A DNA stretch of 64,000 nucleotides from positions 1,154-65,153 of the forward strand of contig DASPKD010000056.1 of the NCBI GenBank assembly GCA_035628275.1. Reading direction: 5' to 3'. Under the pieces are notes generated by a model, which ran no database searches, was not told the DNA's origin, and was given only the letters and a program-made list of their open reading frames with translations. This document shows, piece by piece, positions 1-7,700 of the stretch (within the stretch, counting starts at the first letter, position 1; every line of letters begins with the position of its first letter). This DNA comes from Caulobacteraceae bacterium. GTDB taxonomy: Bacteria > Pseudomonadota > Alphaproteobacteria > Caulobacterales > Caulobacteraceae. Both the position numbers and the translations under genes were made by a program.

Positions 1-492
1 AACATCGCGCCCTTCTGGGTGGTGCAGCCGGTGCGGCGGGTGCTGGACCTGCTCCGCTCGATCCCCGACCTGGTGATGGGCACCATCTTCCTGGTGGCGG
101 TGGGCCTTGGACCGCTGGCCGGCGTCCTGGCGCTGGCGCTGAACACCGGCGGCGTGCTCGGCAAGCTGTTCTCCGAAGCGGTCGAGTCGATCGATCCCCG
201 TCCGGTCGAGGGCGTGCGCGCCACCGGCGCCAAGCCGCTGCACGAGATCGTCTGGGGGGTGATTCCCCAGGTGGCGCCGCTGTGGACCTCGTTCGCCCTG
301 TACCGCTTCGAGTCGAATTCGCGCGCGGCCACCGTGCTGGGCCTGATCGGCGCAGGCGGCATCGGGCGGCTGCTGTTCGACAGCCTGAACGGCTTCAACT
401 ACAGCCAGGTCTCGGCCATCGCCATCGTGATCGTCGTCGCCGTTTCGCTTATCGACCTGCTTTCGCAGGCCATTCGCAAGCGGCTGCTGTAA
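1..492 (+). CDS. phnE: Phosphonate ABC transporter permease PhnE, C-terminal part (5' end lies outside the window)
   Basis: Frame is open from base 1 to TAA at 490-492. Translation (...FLVAVGLGPLAGVLALALNTGGVLGKLFSEAVESIDPRPVEGVRATGAKPLHEIVWGVIPQVAPLW...GLIGAGGIGRLL...) matches the conserved PhnE permease core as I remember it. Very high third-position GC. Confidence 0.8.
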   Translation, partial: NIAPFWVVQPVRRVLDLLRSIPDLVMGTIFLVAVGLGPLAGVLALALNTGGVLGKLFSEAVESIDPRPVEGVRATGAKPLHEIVWGVIPQVAPLWTSFALYRFESNSRAATVLGLIGAGGIGRLLFDSLNGFNYSQVSAIAIVIVVAVSLIDLLSQAIRKRLL

Positions 493-564
493 CGGGAAGA
501 TCATAACCCGGACGAAGTTTCACGAAACCTACTAGAAAAAGCGTTATTTCCTTTGCATTTCAGT

Positions 565-606
565 GTGGCGGCGAGTCCTCACAGGTAATCGCCGCCACTT
601 TTCCTT
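565..606 (+). terminator. Rho-independent terminator after phnE
   Basis: Perfect 10-bp stem GTGGCGGCGA (565-574) / TCGCCGCCAC (589-598) with a 14-nt loop, followed by TTTTCCTT. Lies 73 nt after the phnE stop. Confidence 0.6.
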
Positions 607-613
607 AGCCGTC

Positions 614-631
614 CTGAAACAAAAGCGTCAC
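614..631 (+). promoter_or_regulatory. Candidate Pho box (PhoB site) upstream of the porin gene
   Basis: CTGAAAC-AAAA-GCGTCAC: two 7-nt half sites spaced by 4 nt, 13 of 18 positions matching the enterobacterial CTGTCAT-AAAA-CTGTCAC consensus as I recall it. About 70 nt upstream of the porin ATG, in a phosphate-uptake context. Confidence 0.3.
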
Positions 632-699
632 CGGGTCTCGGTAAGCGCTCCGTGCACTCGACAACGGTCGGGGTGGGGACAGCTACAAGGATCATCGAA

Positions 700-1926
700 A
701 TGCGGAAGACCACGCTGCTGAGCGGGGCCGCCCTGGGCCTGATCGTCGCCCTCGGCCTCGGGGCCGCCGCCCAGGCCCAGGATCTGGGCGTGAAGTGGAA
801 GGGCGCGCCGGAGTTCTCGAACGACGACGTGAAGTTCAAGGTCCGCGGGCGGGTCTACATGGACTACGTCGCGCAGGACGTGGATCGCGAAACCGGCACG
901 GACTACGACACCTCCAACACCCGCCTGCGCACCGCGCGTCTGGGCGTGGAGGGCTCCTGGAACGCCAACTGGGCCTACAAGGCCGAAGTGACCCTGAACC
1001 AGGGCGCGGCCCAGTGGGAAGACCTGGTCCTGGAGTACAAGCCCAACGACAACACCTCGCTGATGATCGGCAACTTCAGGTCGGTCTCGCTCGAGAACAT
1101 CAACTCCTCGCGCTACATCACCTTCATGGAACGCGGCGCGTTCAACGACTTCATCGACGCCGGGCGGGTGATGACCGTGGCGGCCAAGATGAACGGCGAG
1201 AACTGGACCCTGGCGGGCGGCGCCCACGGCGATTCGGTCAACAACACCGACGTCAACAGCGGCACGGCCGAAGGCGACGAGCAGCTGGCCTGGTTCGCCC
1301 GCGGCACCTTCGCGCCGATCATGACCGACTCCACCAACCTCCACCTGGGGCTGTGGGCGCGCAAGCGCGACCTGAACGACCAGGCGGCGCGCTACCGCGT
1401 GCGCAACAACTCCAACGTCGGCGATCGCTTCACCCAGACCGGCTCGGGCGCCACCCAGCTGATCGAGAGCGACACCCAGATCGGCGCCGAAGCCGCCCTG
1501 GTGTGGAACGCCTTCTCGCTGCAAGGCGAGTACGCGCGGCTCGACGCCGAGCGCGTGGGCGCGGCCGACGCGGAAGCGAACGGCTACTACGTCTACGGCT
1601 CGTTCTTCCTGACCGGCGAGCGCCGCTTCTACGAGCCCAAGAAGGGCGAGTTCGGCCGCACCAAGATACTGAACCCGACCAACGCCGGGGGCATGGGCGC
1701 CTGGGAAGTGGGCCTGCGCTACGACAACGTCGACCTGACCGACTTCCACAGCGGGTCGAACACCCAGGCCGGCGAGTACAGCGCCGTGACCGCGGGGCTG
1801 AACTGGTATCCGTTCACCTACGTCCGGTTCATGGCCAACTACACTAAGGCCGAGAACGACAGCCCGACCGTCGGTCAGGACGTGGACGTCGACACCCTGC
1901 AGTTCCGCGCTCAGTTCGACTTCTGA
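700..1926 (+). CDS. Phosphate-selective porin, OprO/OprP family
   Basis: ORF 652..1926. The internal ATG at 700 gives a classic signal peptide MRKTTLLSGAALGLIVALGLGAAAQAQ. Alternating beta-strand pattern and C-terminal ...LQFRAQFDF (terminal Phe) are typical of outer-membrane barrels. Resembles the porin O/P family and sits between phnE and a PstS-like gene. Confidence 0.75.
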   Translation: MRKTTLLSGAALGLIVALGLGAAAQAQDLGVKWKGAPEFSNDDVKFKVRGRVYMDYVAQDVDRETGTDYDTSNTRLRTARLGVEGSWNANWAYKAEVTLNQGAAQWEDLVLEYKPNDNTSLMIGNFRSVSLENINSSRYITFMERGAFNDFIDAGRVMTVAAKMNGENWTLAGGAHGDSVNNTDVNSGTAEGDEQLAWFARGTFAPIMTDSTNLHLGLWARKRDLNDQAARYRVRNNSNVGDRFTQTGSGATQLIESDTQIGAEAALVWNAFSLQGEYARLDAERVGAADAEANGYYVYGSFFLTGERRFYEPKKGEFGRTKILNPTNAGGMGAWEVGLRYDNVDLTDFHSGSNTQAGEYSAVTAGLNWYPFTYVRFMANYTKAENDSPTVGQDVDVDTLQFRAQFDF

Positions 1927-1990
1927 TCGGCTGAACGCCACGGGGCCCGCAGCGTGACCGCGGGCCCGCCCTTCTCCCAAGGAGACTGAG

Positions 1991-3028
1991 ATGAAGAAGC
2001 TTCTCGCCTGCGCGGCTTCGGTCGCGCTGCTGGCCTCGGCCGGCGCCGCCGCGGCCCGCGACTACGTCTGGGCCGCCGGTTCCTCCACCGTCTTCCCGTT
2101 CACCACACGCGTGGCCGAAAATTACGCCCGCAAGACCGGCAAGAAGGCGCCCAAAGTCGAGAGCCTGGGCACCGGCGGCGGCATCAAGCTGTTCTGCTCG
2201 GGCGCCGGCGCCGGTTTCCCCGACATCGCCAACGCCTCCCGGCCGATGAAGAAGTCCGAGTACGACGCCTGCCAGGCCAAGGGCGTCAAGGAGATCGTCG
2301 AGATCAAGATCGGCTTCGACGGCATCGTCATCGCCGGCGACAGGGACGGCGCGGACTACAACTTCCGCATCGAATACCTGTATCTGGCCCTGGCCAAGGA
2401 CGTACTGCGAAGCGGCAAGTTCGTTAAGAACCCGTATACCACCTGGGACCAGATCGGGCCGGGCATGCCGGGCGCCCGCATCAGCGTCTACGGCCCGCCG
2501 CCGACCTCGGGCACCCGGGACGCCTTCGTCGAACTGGGCCTGGAGACCGGCGCCCGCAAGTATCCGGTCCTCGAAGAGGTCCGCTCCAACAACGAGAAGA
2601 AGTTCAAGCAGCTGGCCGGCACCATCCGCGAGGACGGCGCTTGGATCGACGCGGGCGAGAACGACAACGCCATCGTCGGCACCCTGACCAAGACCCCGGG
2701 GGCGCTCGGCGTGTTCGGCTACTCGTTCCTGGACAACAACCGCGACAAGGTGAAGGCCATGCCGATCGGCGGCGTCCGGCCGACCGACCAGAGCATCGCC
2801 GACGGCTCCTATCCGCTGTCGCGCTCGCTCTACATCTACGTGAAGAAGGCGAACGTGGGCGTCACGCCGGGCCTGAAGGAGTTCCTGGCCGAGTTCATCT
2901 CCGACGCTGCCACCGGGCGCGGCGGCTACCTGTCCGACCGGGGCCTGATCGCCCTGCCCAAGGCGCAGCACGACGCGCAGAAGCAGGTCGCAGGCGCCCT
3001 GGCCCCGATGCGTCGCCCGGCGGCGTAA
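1991..3028 (+). CDS. pstS: PstS-family phosphate ABC transporter substrate-binding protein
   Basis: ATG preceded by AAGGAG. Signal peptide MKKLLACAASVALLASAGAAAA. Blocks AAGSSTVFPF, SLGTGGGIK and FGYSFL are typical of PstS / PBP-like-2 phosphate-binding proteins. No pstCAB genes adjacent. Confidence 0.8.
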   Translation: MKKLLACAASVALLASAGAAAARDYVWAAGSSTVFPFTTRVAENYARKTGKKAPKVESLGTGGGIKLFCSGAGAGFPDIANASRPMKKSEYDACQAKGVKEIVEIKIGFDGIVIAGDRDGADYNFRIEYLYLALAKDVLRSGKFVKNPYTTWDQIGPGMPGARISVYGPPPTSGTRDAFVELGLETGARKYPVLEEVRSNNEKKFKQLAGTIREDGAWIDAGENDNAIVGTLTKTPGALGVFGYSFLDNNRDKVKAMPIGGVRPTDQSIADGSYPLSRSLYIYVKKANVGVTPGLKEFLAEFISDAATGRGGYLSDRGLIALPKAQHDAQKQVAGALAPMRRPAA

Positions 3029-3050
3029 GCGCGGATCACACCGAGCGAGG

Positions 3051-3089
3051 GGGCGGCGGATCGAAAGGTCCGCCGCCCTTCCTTTATCT
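3051..3089 (+). terminator. Rho-independent terminator after the PstS-like gene
   Basis: Stem GGGCGGCGGA (3051-3060) / TCCGCCGCCC (3069-3078) with an 8-nt loop, followed by TTCCTTTATCT. Confidence 0.55.
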
Positions 3090-3103
3090 GAAACGAAGGC
3101 CGC

Positions 3104-3901
3104 TCAGGCCCCGACGGCCAGGAAGCCGGGGTTCTCGAAGCCGCGGTCGGCCTTGCCGTAGGCCAGGGGCTCGCCGTCCATCGTCAGCACACGCCCGCCG
3201 GCGGCGGCCAGCACCGCGTGGGCGGCGGCGGTGTCCCACTCCATGGTGCGTCCCGGGCGCGGATAGACGTCGGCGCGGCCCTCGGCGATCAGGCAGAACT
3301 TCACCGACGAATCCAGCCCCTGCCACGAGGTGCAGCCGTGGCGGGCGCACAGCCGCTCCGCTTCGTCGTCCTTGACCGTATGGCTGAGCAGGGCGACGCC
3401 GCGCCCCTCCGGCTTCTGGCGCACCCGCACCGGGGTTGCCTGCGTCTCGCCGAAGCGGCGGCGCATCGCGCCCTCGCCGGCGGTGTACCAGACCGTGCCC
3501 GAGGCGGGCGCGGCCACGGCGCCGGCGACCGGGCGGCCGTCCTCGATCAGGCCGATGTTGACCGTATAGCTCTCGCCGCCCCGCACGAAGCCGCGGGTGC
3601 CGTCCAGCGGGTCGACCAGGAAGAACCGGCGACCGACCGCGTCCGGCGTTCCGTACTCGGACGCGTCCTCCTCCGAGACGATGCAGGCGCCGGGGAACAG
3701 GGCGTGCAGGCGCTTGAGGATATGCGCCTCGGCGGCCCGGTCGGCCTGGGTGACGGGGCTGTCGTCGGTCTTGGTCTCCACCTCTAGGTCCGACCGCCAG
3801 AAGGGCAGGATGATCTGGGCGGCCTCCTCGACGATGTCGGCGAGGGTGGCGCCGATCTCGGCGGCGGTCTGGGCTGGGGCGAGAAGGGCTGAATCGTTCA
3901 C
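3104..3901 (-). CDS. cysQ: 3'(2'),5'-bisphosphate nucleotidase CysQ (inositol monophosphatase family)
   Basis: GTG start at 3901. Motifs SEEDA, FFLVDPLDGTRGF and MEWDTAAAHAVL are typical of the IMPase/CysQ fold. About 265 aa, as for CysQ. Confidence 0.75.
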   Translation of the reverse strand: MNDSALLAPAQTAAEIGATLADIVEEAAQIILPFWRSDLEVETKTDDSPVTQADRAAEAHILKRLHALFPGACIVSEEDASEYGTPDAVGRRFFLVDPLDGTRGFVRGGESYTVNIGLIEDGRPVAGAVAAPASGTVWYTAGEGAMRRRFGETQATPVRVRQKPEGRGVALLSHTVKDDEAERLCARHGCTSWQGLDSSVKFCLIAEGRADVYPRPGRTMEWDTAAAHAVLAAAGGRVLTMDGEPLAYGKADRGFENPGFLAVGA

Positions 3902-3963
3902 GGGGCGACCCTAGGCCGTCGGTCCGGTTTTCCGGAAGCGCAAATCACTTCAGGGTGGCGACC

Positions 3964-4641
3964 ATGAGCATGACCGAGCCCGCCCGTAACCCGTTCGACA
4001 CGCCCGCCCCCGCCGAAGGCGCCACCGACCTGGCCAGCCATGTGGCGGCCAAGCTGTGCCACGACTTCATCAGCCCGTCGGGCGCGATCGTCTCCGGCCT
4101 CGACCTGCTGAAGGACCCGACCGCCCAGGACATGCGCGAGGAGGCCATGAGCCTGATCGAGGCCAGCGCGAGGAAGCTGGTCTCCATCGTCCACTTCGCC
4201 CGCGTGGCGTTCGGCGCGGCCACCACCTCGGAGCGGTTCGACGCGCGCGAGCTGGAGACGCTGGTGCGCGGGATGTTCGAGCACGTCCGCGCCGAACTCG
4301 ACTGGCGCGTGTCGGTCGACACTTTCGAGAAGCCGCACGCGCGCGCCCTGCTGAACCTGGCCCAGATCGGCGCCGGCGCCTTGCCCACCGGCGGGGTGGC
4401 GACGCTGAGCGTACAGCTCGAGGACGGCGGGCTGGCCATGCGGCTGGACGCGAAAGGCCCGCGCGCACGCCTGAAGACCGAAGTGGCCACGGGCCTGCGC
4501 GGCGACCGCCTGACCGAGGGCCTCGCCGGCCAGTGGATCCAGCCCTTCTGGCTGCACGAGGTGGTCCGCGACGCCGGCGGAACCCTGGACTTCGACACCG
4601 CCGAGGAGCGGGTGGAGATCGTGGCGCGGGTCCCGGCCTGA
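3964..4641 (+). CDS. chpT: Histidine phosphotransferase ChpT (CckA-CtrA/CpdR phosphorelay)
   Basis: Block AAKLCHDFISPSGAIVSGLDLLKDPTAQDMREEAMSLIEASARKLVSIVHFARVAFGAA closely matches the Caulobacter ChpT phospho-accepting His region as I remember it. Alternative starts at GTG 3955 and ATG 3970. Confidence 0.75.
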   Translation: MSMTEPARNPFDTPAPAEGATDLASHVAAKLCHDFISPSGAIVSGLDLLKDPTAQDMREEAMSLIEASARKLVSIVHFARVAFGAATTSERFDARELETLVRGMFEHVRAELDWRVSVDTFEKPHARALLNLAQIGAGALPTGGVATLSVQLEDGGLAMRLDAKGPRARLKTEVATGLRGDRLTEGLAGQWIQPFWLHEVVRDAGGTLDFDTAEERVEIVARVPA

Positions 4642-4644
4642 AGC

Positions 4645-5646
4645 TTACGCCGCCTCCTTCTCGCCCCCGACCGTCGGCGCAGGAGCGCGCTTCACGCCGG
4701 CCTTCTGGCCGGGCTTCATGAACTTCACCAGCACCCGCTGGCCGATCAGCAGCGGCGCGTCGTCGGCCGAGACCACGACCTCGACCACCCGCTCGTCGCT
4801 GCGCTCGGAGGGATCGTCGGACTGCAGCTTGCGGGCGCCGAACACCGCGGCGCGGCGCAGCACGCGGCCGACATAGACCTTGGTCTCGTCGGCTTCCGGC
4901 ACCACCTCGACCTCCTGGCCGATCGCGACCGAGGGGATGGCGCTTTCGACGATCTCGGCGCGGACGATGCGGGCCGCGACCGGCTCAATGTCGAACATGT
5001 TGGAGACGTTCAGGGTCGAGGCGCCGGCGCCGGGGTTGGCGTAGCGACGCACCACCACTCCGTCGACCGGGGCGCGGATCACCGTCAGCTCCAGGTCGTA
5101 CTGTGCCTCGTTCATCCGGGCGCGGGCGGTGGCGACCGCGGCGCGCTGGGCGTCGATCTGGGCCTCCCAGTCGCGCACCTGGTCCATCTGCTGGTCGAGG
5201 CGCTGCTTGGCGACGAAGTTGCTGTCGGCCAGGCGGGCCAGGCGCTGGTGCTCGCGTCGCGCGGCCTGGGCCTTCACCTGCAGCACGCGGATCTGGGCCT
5301 CGGCCTGGGCCACTTCGGCGCGGGCGCGGCTGACGGCCAGGCGCGGGTCCTCGTCCTCCTGGCGGGCCAGGATCTGGCCCTTGGTCACGCGCTCGCCCTC
5401 CTGGACATAGACCTCCTGCACCACGCCGGCGCGGCGGGCGGCGACGGAGATGATGCCGCCCTCCACGTCCGCCTTGCCGTTGGCGATCGCCGCGTAGGGG
5501 GTGCTCTGCACCTGCTTCTTGGTCGCCGCCGCCTCGGCCGCCTTCTTCTCGGCCGCCTGCTTGTTCATGAACACGAAGCCAGCGCTGCCGCCCGCGATCA
5601 GGAGCAGCAGGATCCAGAACCAGGGCCGCCGAAAGATGCCGAACAT
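4645..5646 (-). CDS. HlyD-family membrane fusion (periplasmic adaptor) protein of an ABC exporter
   Basis: N-terminal TM helix FWILLLLIAGGSAGFVF, long coiled-coil segment (RAEVAQAEAQIRVLQVKAQAARREHQRL...), then barrel-type C-terminal half (VIRAPVDGVVV...). Last gene of a co-directional three-gene set. Confidence 0.85.
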   Translation of the reverse strand: MFGIFRRPWFWILLLLIAGGSAGFVFMNKQAAEKKAAEAAATKKQVQSTPYAAIANGKADVEGGIISVAARRAGVVQEVYVQEGERVTKGQILARQEDEDPRLAVSRARAEVAQAEAQIRVLQVKAQAARREHQRLARLADSNFVAKQRLDQQMDQVRDWEAQIDAQRAAVATARARMNEAQYDLELTVIRAPVDGVVVRRYANPGAGASTLNVSNMFDIEPVAARIVRAEIVESAIPSVAIGQEVEVVPEADETKVYVGRVLRRAAVFGARKLQSDDPSERSDERVVEVVVSADDAPLLIGQRVLVKFMKPGQKAGVKRAPAPTVGGEKEAA

Positions 5647-5669
5647 GGTGGTCTATCCCCCGTAGTCTC

Positions 5670-6380
5670 TTATTGCGCCGCCGGCTCGGGCGTGCGGCGG
5701 ACGTCGTCGAGCACGCGTCCGTCTTCGATATGGATGATGCGGTCGGCCCAGGCCTCCAGGCGCGGGTCGTGGGTGACGCAGATCACCGCCGCCCCGTGCT
5801 CGGTCGCGGCGCGGCGGAGCAGGCGGATCACCACCTGGCCGTTCTCGCTGTCGAGCGCGGAGGTGGGTTCGTCGGCGAACAGCAGCTTGGGCTCCTTGGC
5901 CAGGGCTCGGGCGATGGCCACGCGCTGCTTCTCGCCGCCCGACAGCTCCGACGGGCGCTGGTTCATGCGCGGGCCCAGGCCCACCTCCTCCAGCGCCGCG
6001 CGGGCCCGGCGCTGCGCCTCGCCCTTGCTCAGGCCCTGGTACTTCAGGACGGTGGCCACCTGCTGCACGGCGGTGAGCGCCGGGAACAGGTTGAACCCCT
6101 GGAAGATGAAGCCGCAGTGGTCCAGGCGGAACTTGTCGATCCGCCCTGAAGGCTTCTTCCAGAGGTCTTCGCCGAGCGCGGTGACGCGCCCCTCGTCGGG
6201 CTTCAGCAGGCCGGACAGGGCGGCGATCAGGGTCGACTTGCCCGACCCGGACGGTCCCATGACCATGGTCAGCTCGCCGTGTGCGGCGTCGAAGTCCATC
6301 GACTTCAGCACCTCGATATGGGTGCGGCCGGTCTTGAACCGCTTGACCAGGCCCGTCGCGTCGATCGCCTTCTTGCTCAT
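5670..6380 (-). CDS. ABC transporter ATP-binding protein (MacB/DevA/LolD type)
   Basis: Walker A GPSGSGKST, signature LSGGEKQR, Walker B LLFADEPTSALD. I take the ATG at 6380 (MSKKAIDATGLVKRF), which overlaps the permease stop in ATGA. The upstream part of the track ORF is Gly/Ala/Pro junk. Confidence 0.85.
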   Translation of the reverse strand: MSKKAIDATGLVKRFKTGRTHIEVLKSMDFDAAHGELTMVMGPSGSGKSTLIAALSGLLKPDEGRVTALGEDLWKKPSGRIDKFRLDHCGFIFQGFNLFPALTAVQQVATVLKYQGLSKGEAQRRARAALEEVGLGPRMNQRPSELSGGEKQRVAIARALAKEPKLLFADEPTSALDSENGQVVIRLLRRAATEHGAAVICVTHDPRLEAWADRIIHIEDGRVLDDVRRTPEPAAQ

Positions 6381-7516
6381 CGCAGCAGGTCCGCGGGCTG
6401 GCTCTGTTTCAGGACGCCCAGCGACAGCAGGCCCGACAGCACCGCGATCACCAGCAGCAGGCCGCTGACCAGCAGCACCGACCACAGCGGGAACGCCATC
6501 GGCAGGCCCCCGGCAGCCGCTAGCAGCGACACGCCCCAGGTCAGCAGGCCCGTGGCCGCCAGGCCCGCCACGCCGACCCAGAAGCTCAGCTCCAGCACGA
6601 TCCGGCGCAGGCTGCCCATGGATACGCCGAGCGCCCGCAGGCTGGCGAACTCCTTGATGTTGGCGAAGATCGCGCCGCGCAGGGTCTGCCAGGTGATGCT
6701 GATGCCGATGAAGATCCCCAGGAACAGCGAGAAGCCCAGCATGATGCCGATGAACTGCTCCTTGAGCAGCGACTGCTCGTTGGCCTTGGCCAGCTCCTCG
6801 CGGGTCCAGGCGCGGTACTGCTTGTTGCTCATGGCGTTCAGCTGGTCGCGCACGATCTCTGCGCGTGAGGGGTCACGCAGCTTGACCATCAGCGGCCCGA
6901 CCCGCGGCCCCTCGTTGGAGAGGTTCAGCAGCTTGGCGGTCTGGCGGGACATGACCACCATCGGCTGCATCAGGTTGGGATAGCCCCGCAGCACGATCTT
7001 CACCCGCACGGTCCGGCCGTTCAGCGTCGCCTTGTCGCCGGGCTTGACCCCCAGGCGGGTCAGCGAGGTCTCGTCCACGGCGATCACATAGGGCTCCATC
7101 AGCCCCTCGCGGATGTCGTCGCCGAAGTCCGACGGCAGGGTGACCGAGCCCGGCGCGGTGTCCACCACCATGGTCTGGACGAACTCGCGCTTGCGCTTGG
7201 CGCCCTCGCCCGGACTGTTCTGCCAGAGCGCCCCGTCGCCATCGAGGTCCATCACGTCCAGCACCTCGGGGTGCATGTAGATCTGCGGCATGATCCGGCG
7301 CGGCAGGCCGGCGCCGCCGCCGAACAGGGCCTCTGCCTTGGGCGCCAGGATCATCACGTGGGCGGAGGAACGGTCGATGGTGGCGGTGAAGGCCCGGCCG
7401 ATGCCCATGAACATGCCGACCTGGGCCAGCACCAGGAGCCCTGAGAAGGCGAGCGCGACGATGGCCGCCATGTAGCGGCGCCACTCGTACAGCAGCGTTG
7501 AAAGCGCGAGCGACAT
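6377..7516 (-). CDS. ABC exporter permease, FtsX/MacB/DevC type
   Basis: N-terminal TM (YMAAIVALAFSGLLVLAQVGMF), large extracytoplasmic domain, and a C-terminal three-helix FtsX-like bundle (IGIMLGFSLFLGIFIGISI ... LELSFWVGVAGLAATGLL ... LLVSGLLLVIAVLSGLL). Confidence 0.85.
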   Translation of the reverse strand: MSLALSTLLYEWRRYMAAIVALAFSGLLVLAQVGMFMGIGRAFTATIDRSSAHVMILAPKAEALFGGGAGLPRRIMPQIYMHPEVLDVMDLDGDGALWQNSPGEGAKRKREFVQTMVVDTAPGSVTLPSDFGDDIREGLMEPYVIAVDETSLTRLGVKPGDKATLNGRTVRVKIVLRGYPNLMQPMVVMSRQTAKLLNLSNEGPRVGPLMVKLRDPSRAEIVRDQLNAMSNKQYRAWTREELAKANEQSLLKEQFIGIMLGFSLFLGIFIGISITWQTLRGAIFANIKEFASLRALGVSMGSLRRIVLELSFWVGVAGLAATGLLTWGVSLLAAAGGLPMAFPLWSVLLVSGLLLVIAVLSGLLSLGVLKQSQPADLLR

Positions 7517-7700
7517 GAACGTCGTTATCCCCCGCGGCCCTTCTCGCCGACCGTAAGCCTGCGGCCAAGTTAAATCGGCTTCAGACGGCTGCGGCCGATC
7601 CGCCGGAGATTACGGTCTTGTAATTTCCTGACCGGGCGAGAGCGTGGTTTGAAGCTGACCGAACAGAATGCGCGGTCCAACCGCGAGAGAAGGGGAAGAG

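Noticed and set aside
628-1980. 450-aa minus-strand ORF opposite the porin gene
   Set aside because: This is an antisense artefact. The porin frame has a signal peptide and a beta-barrel C-terminus.
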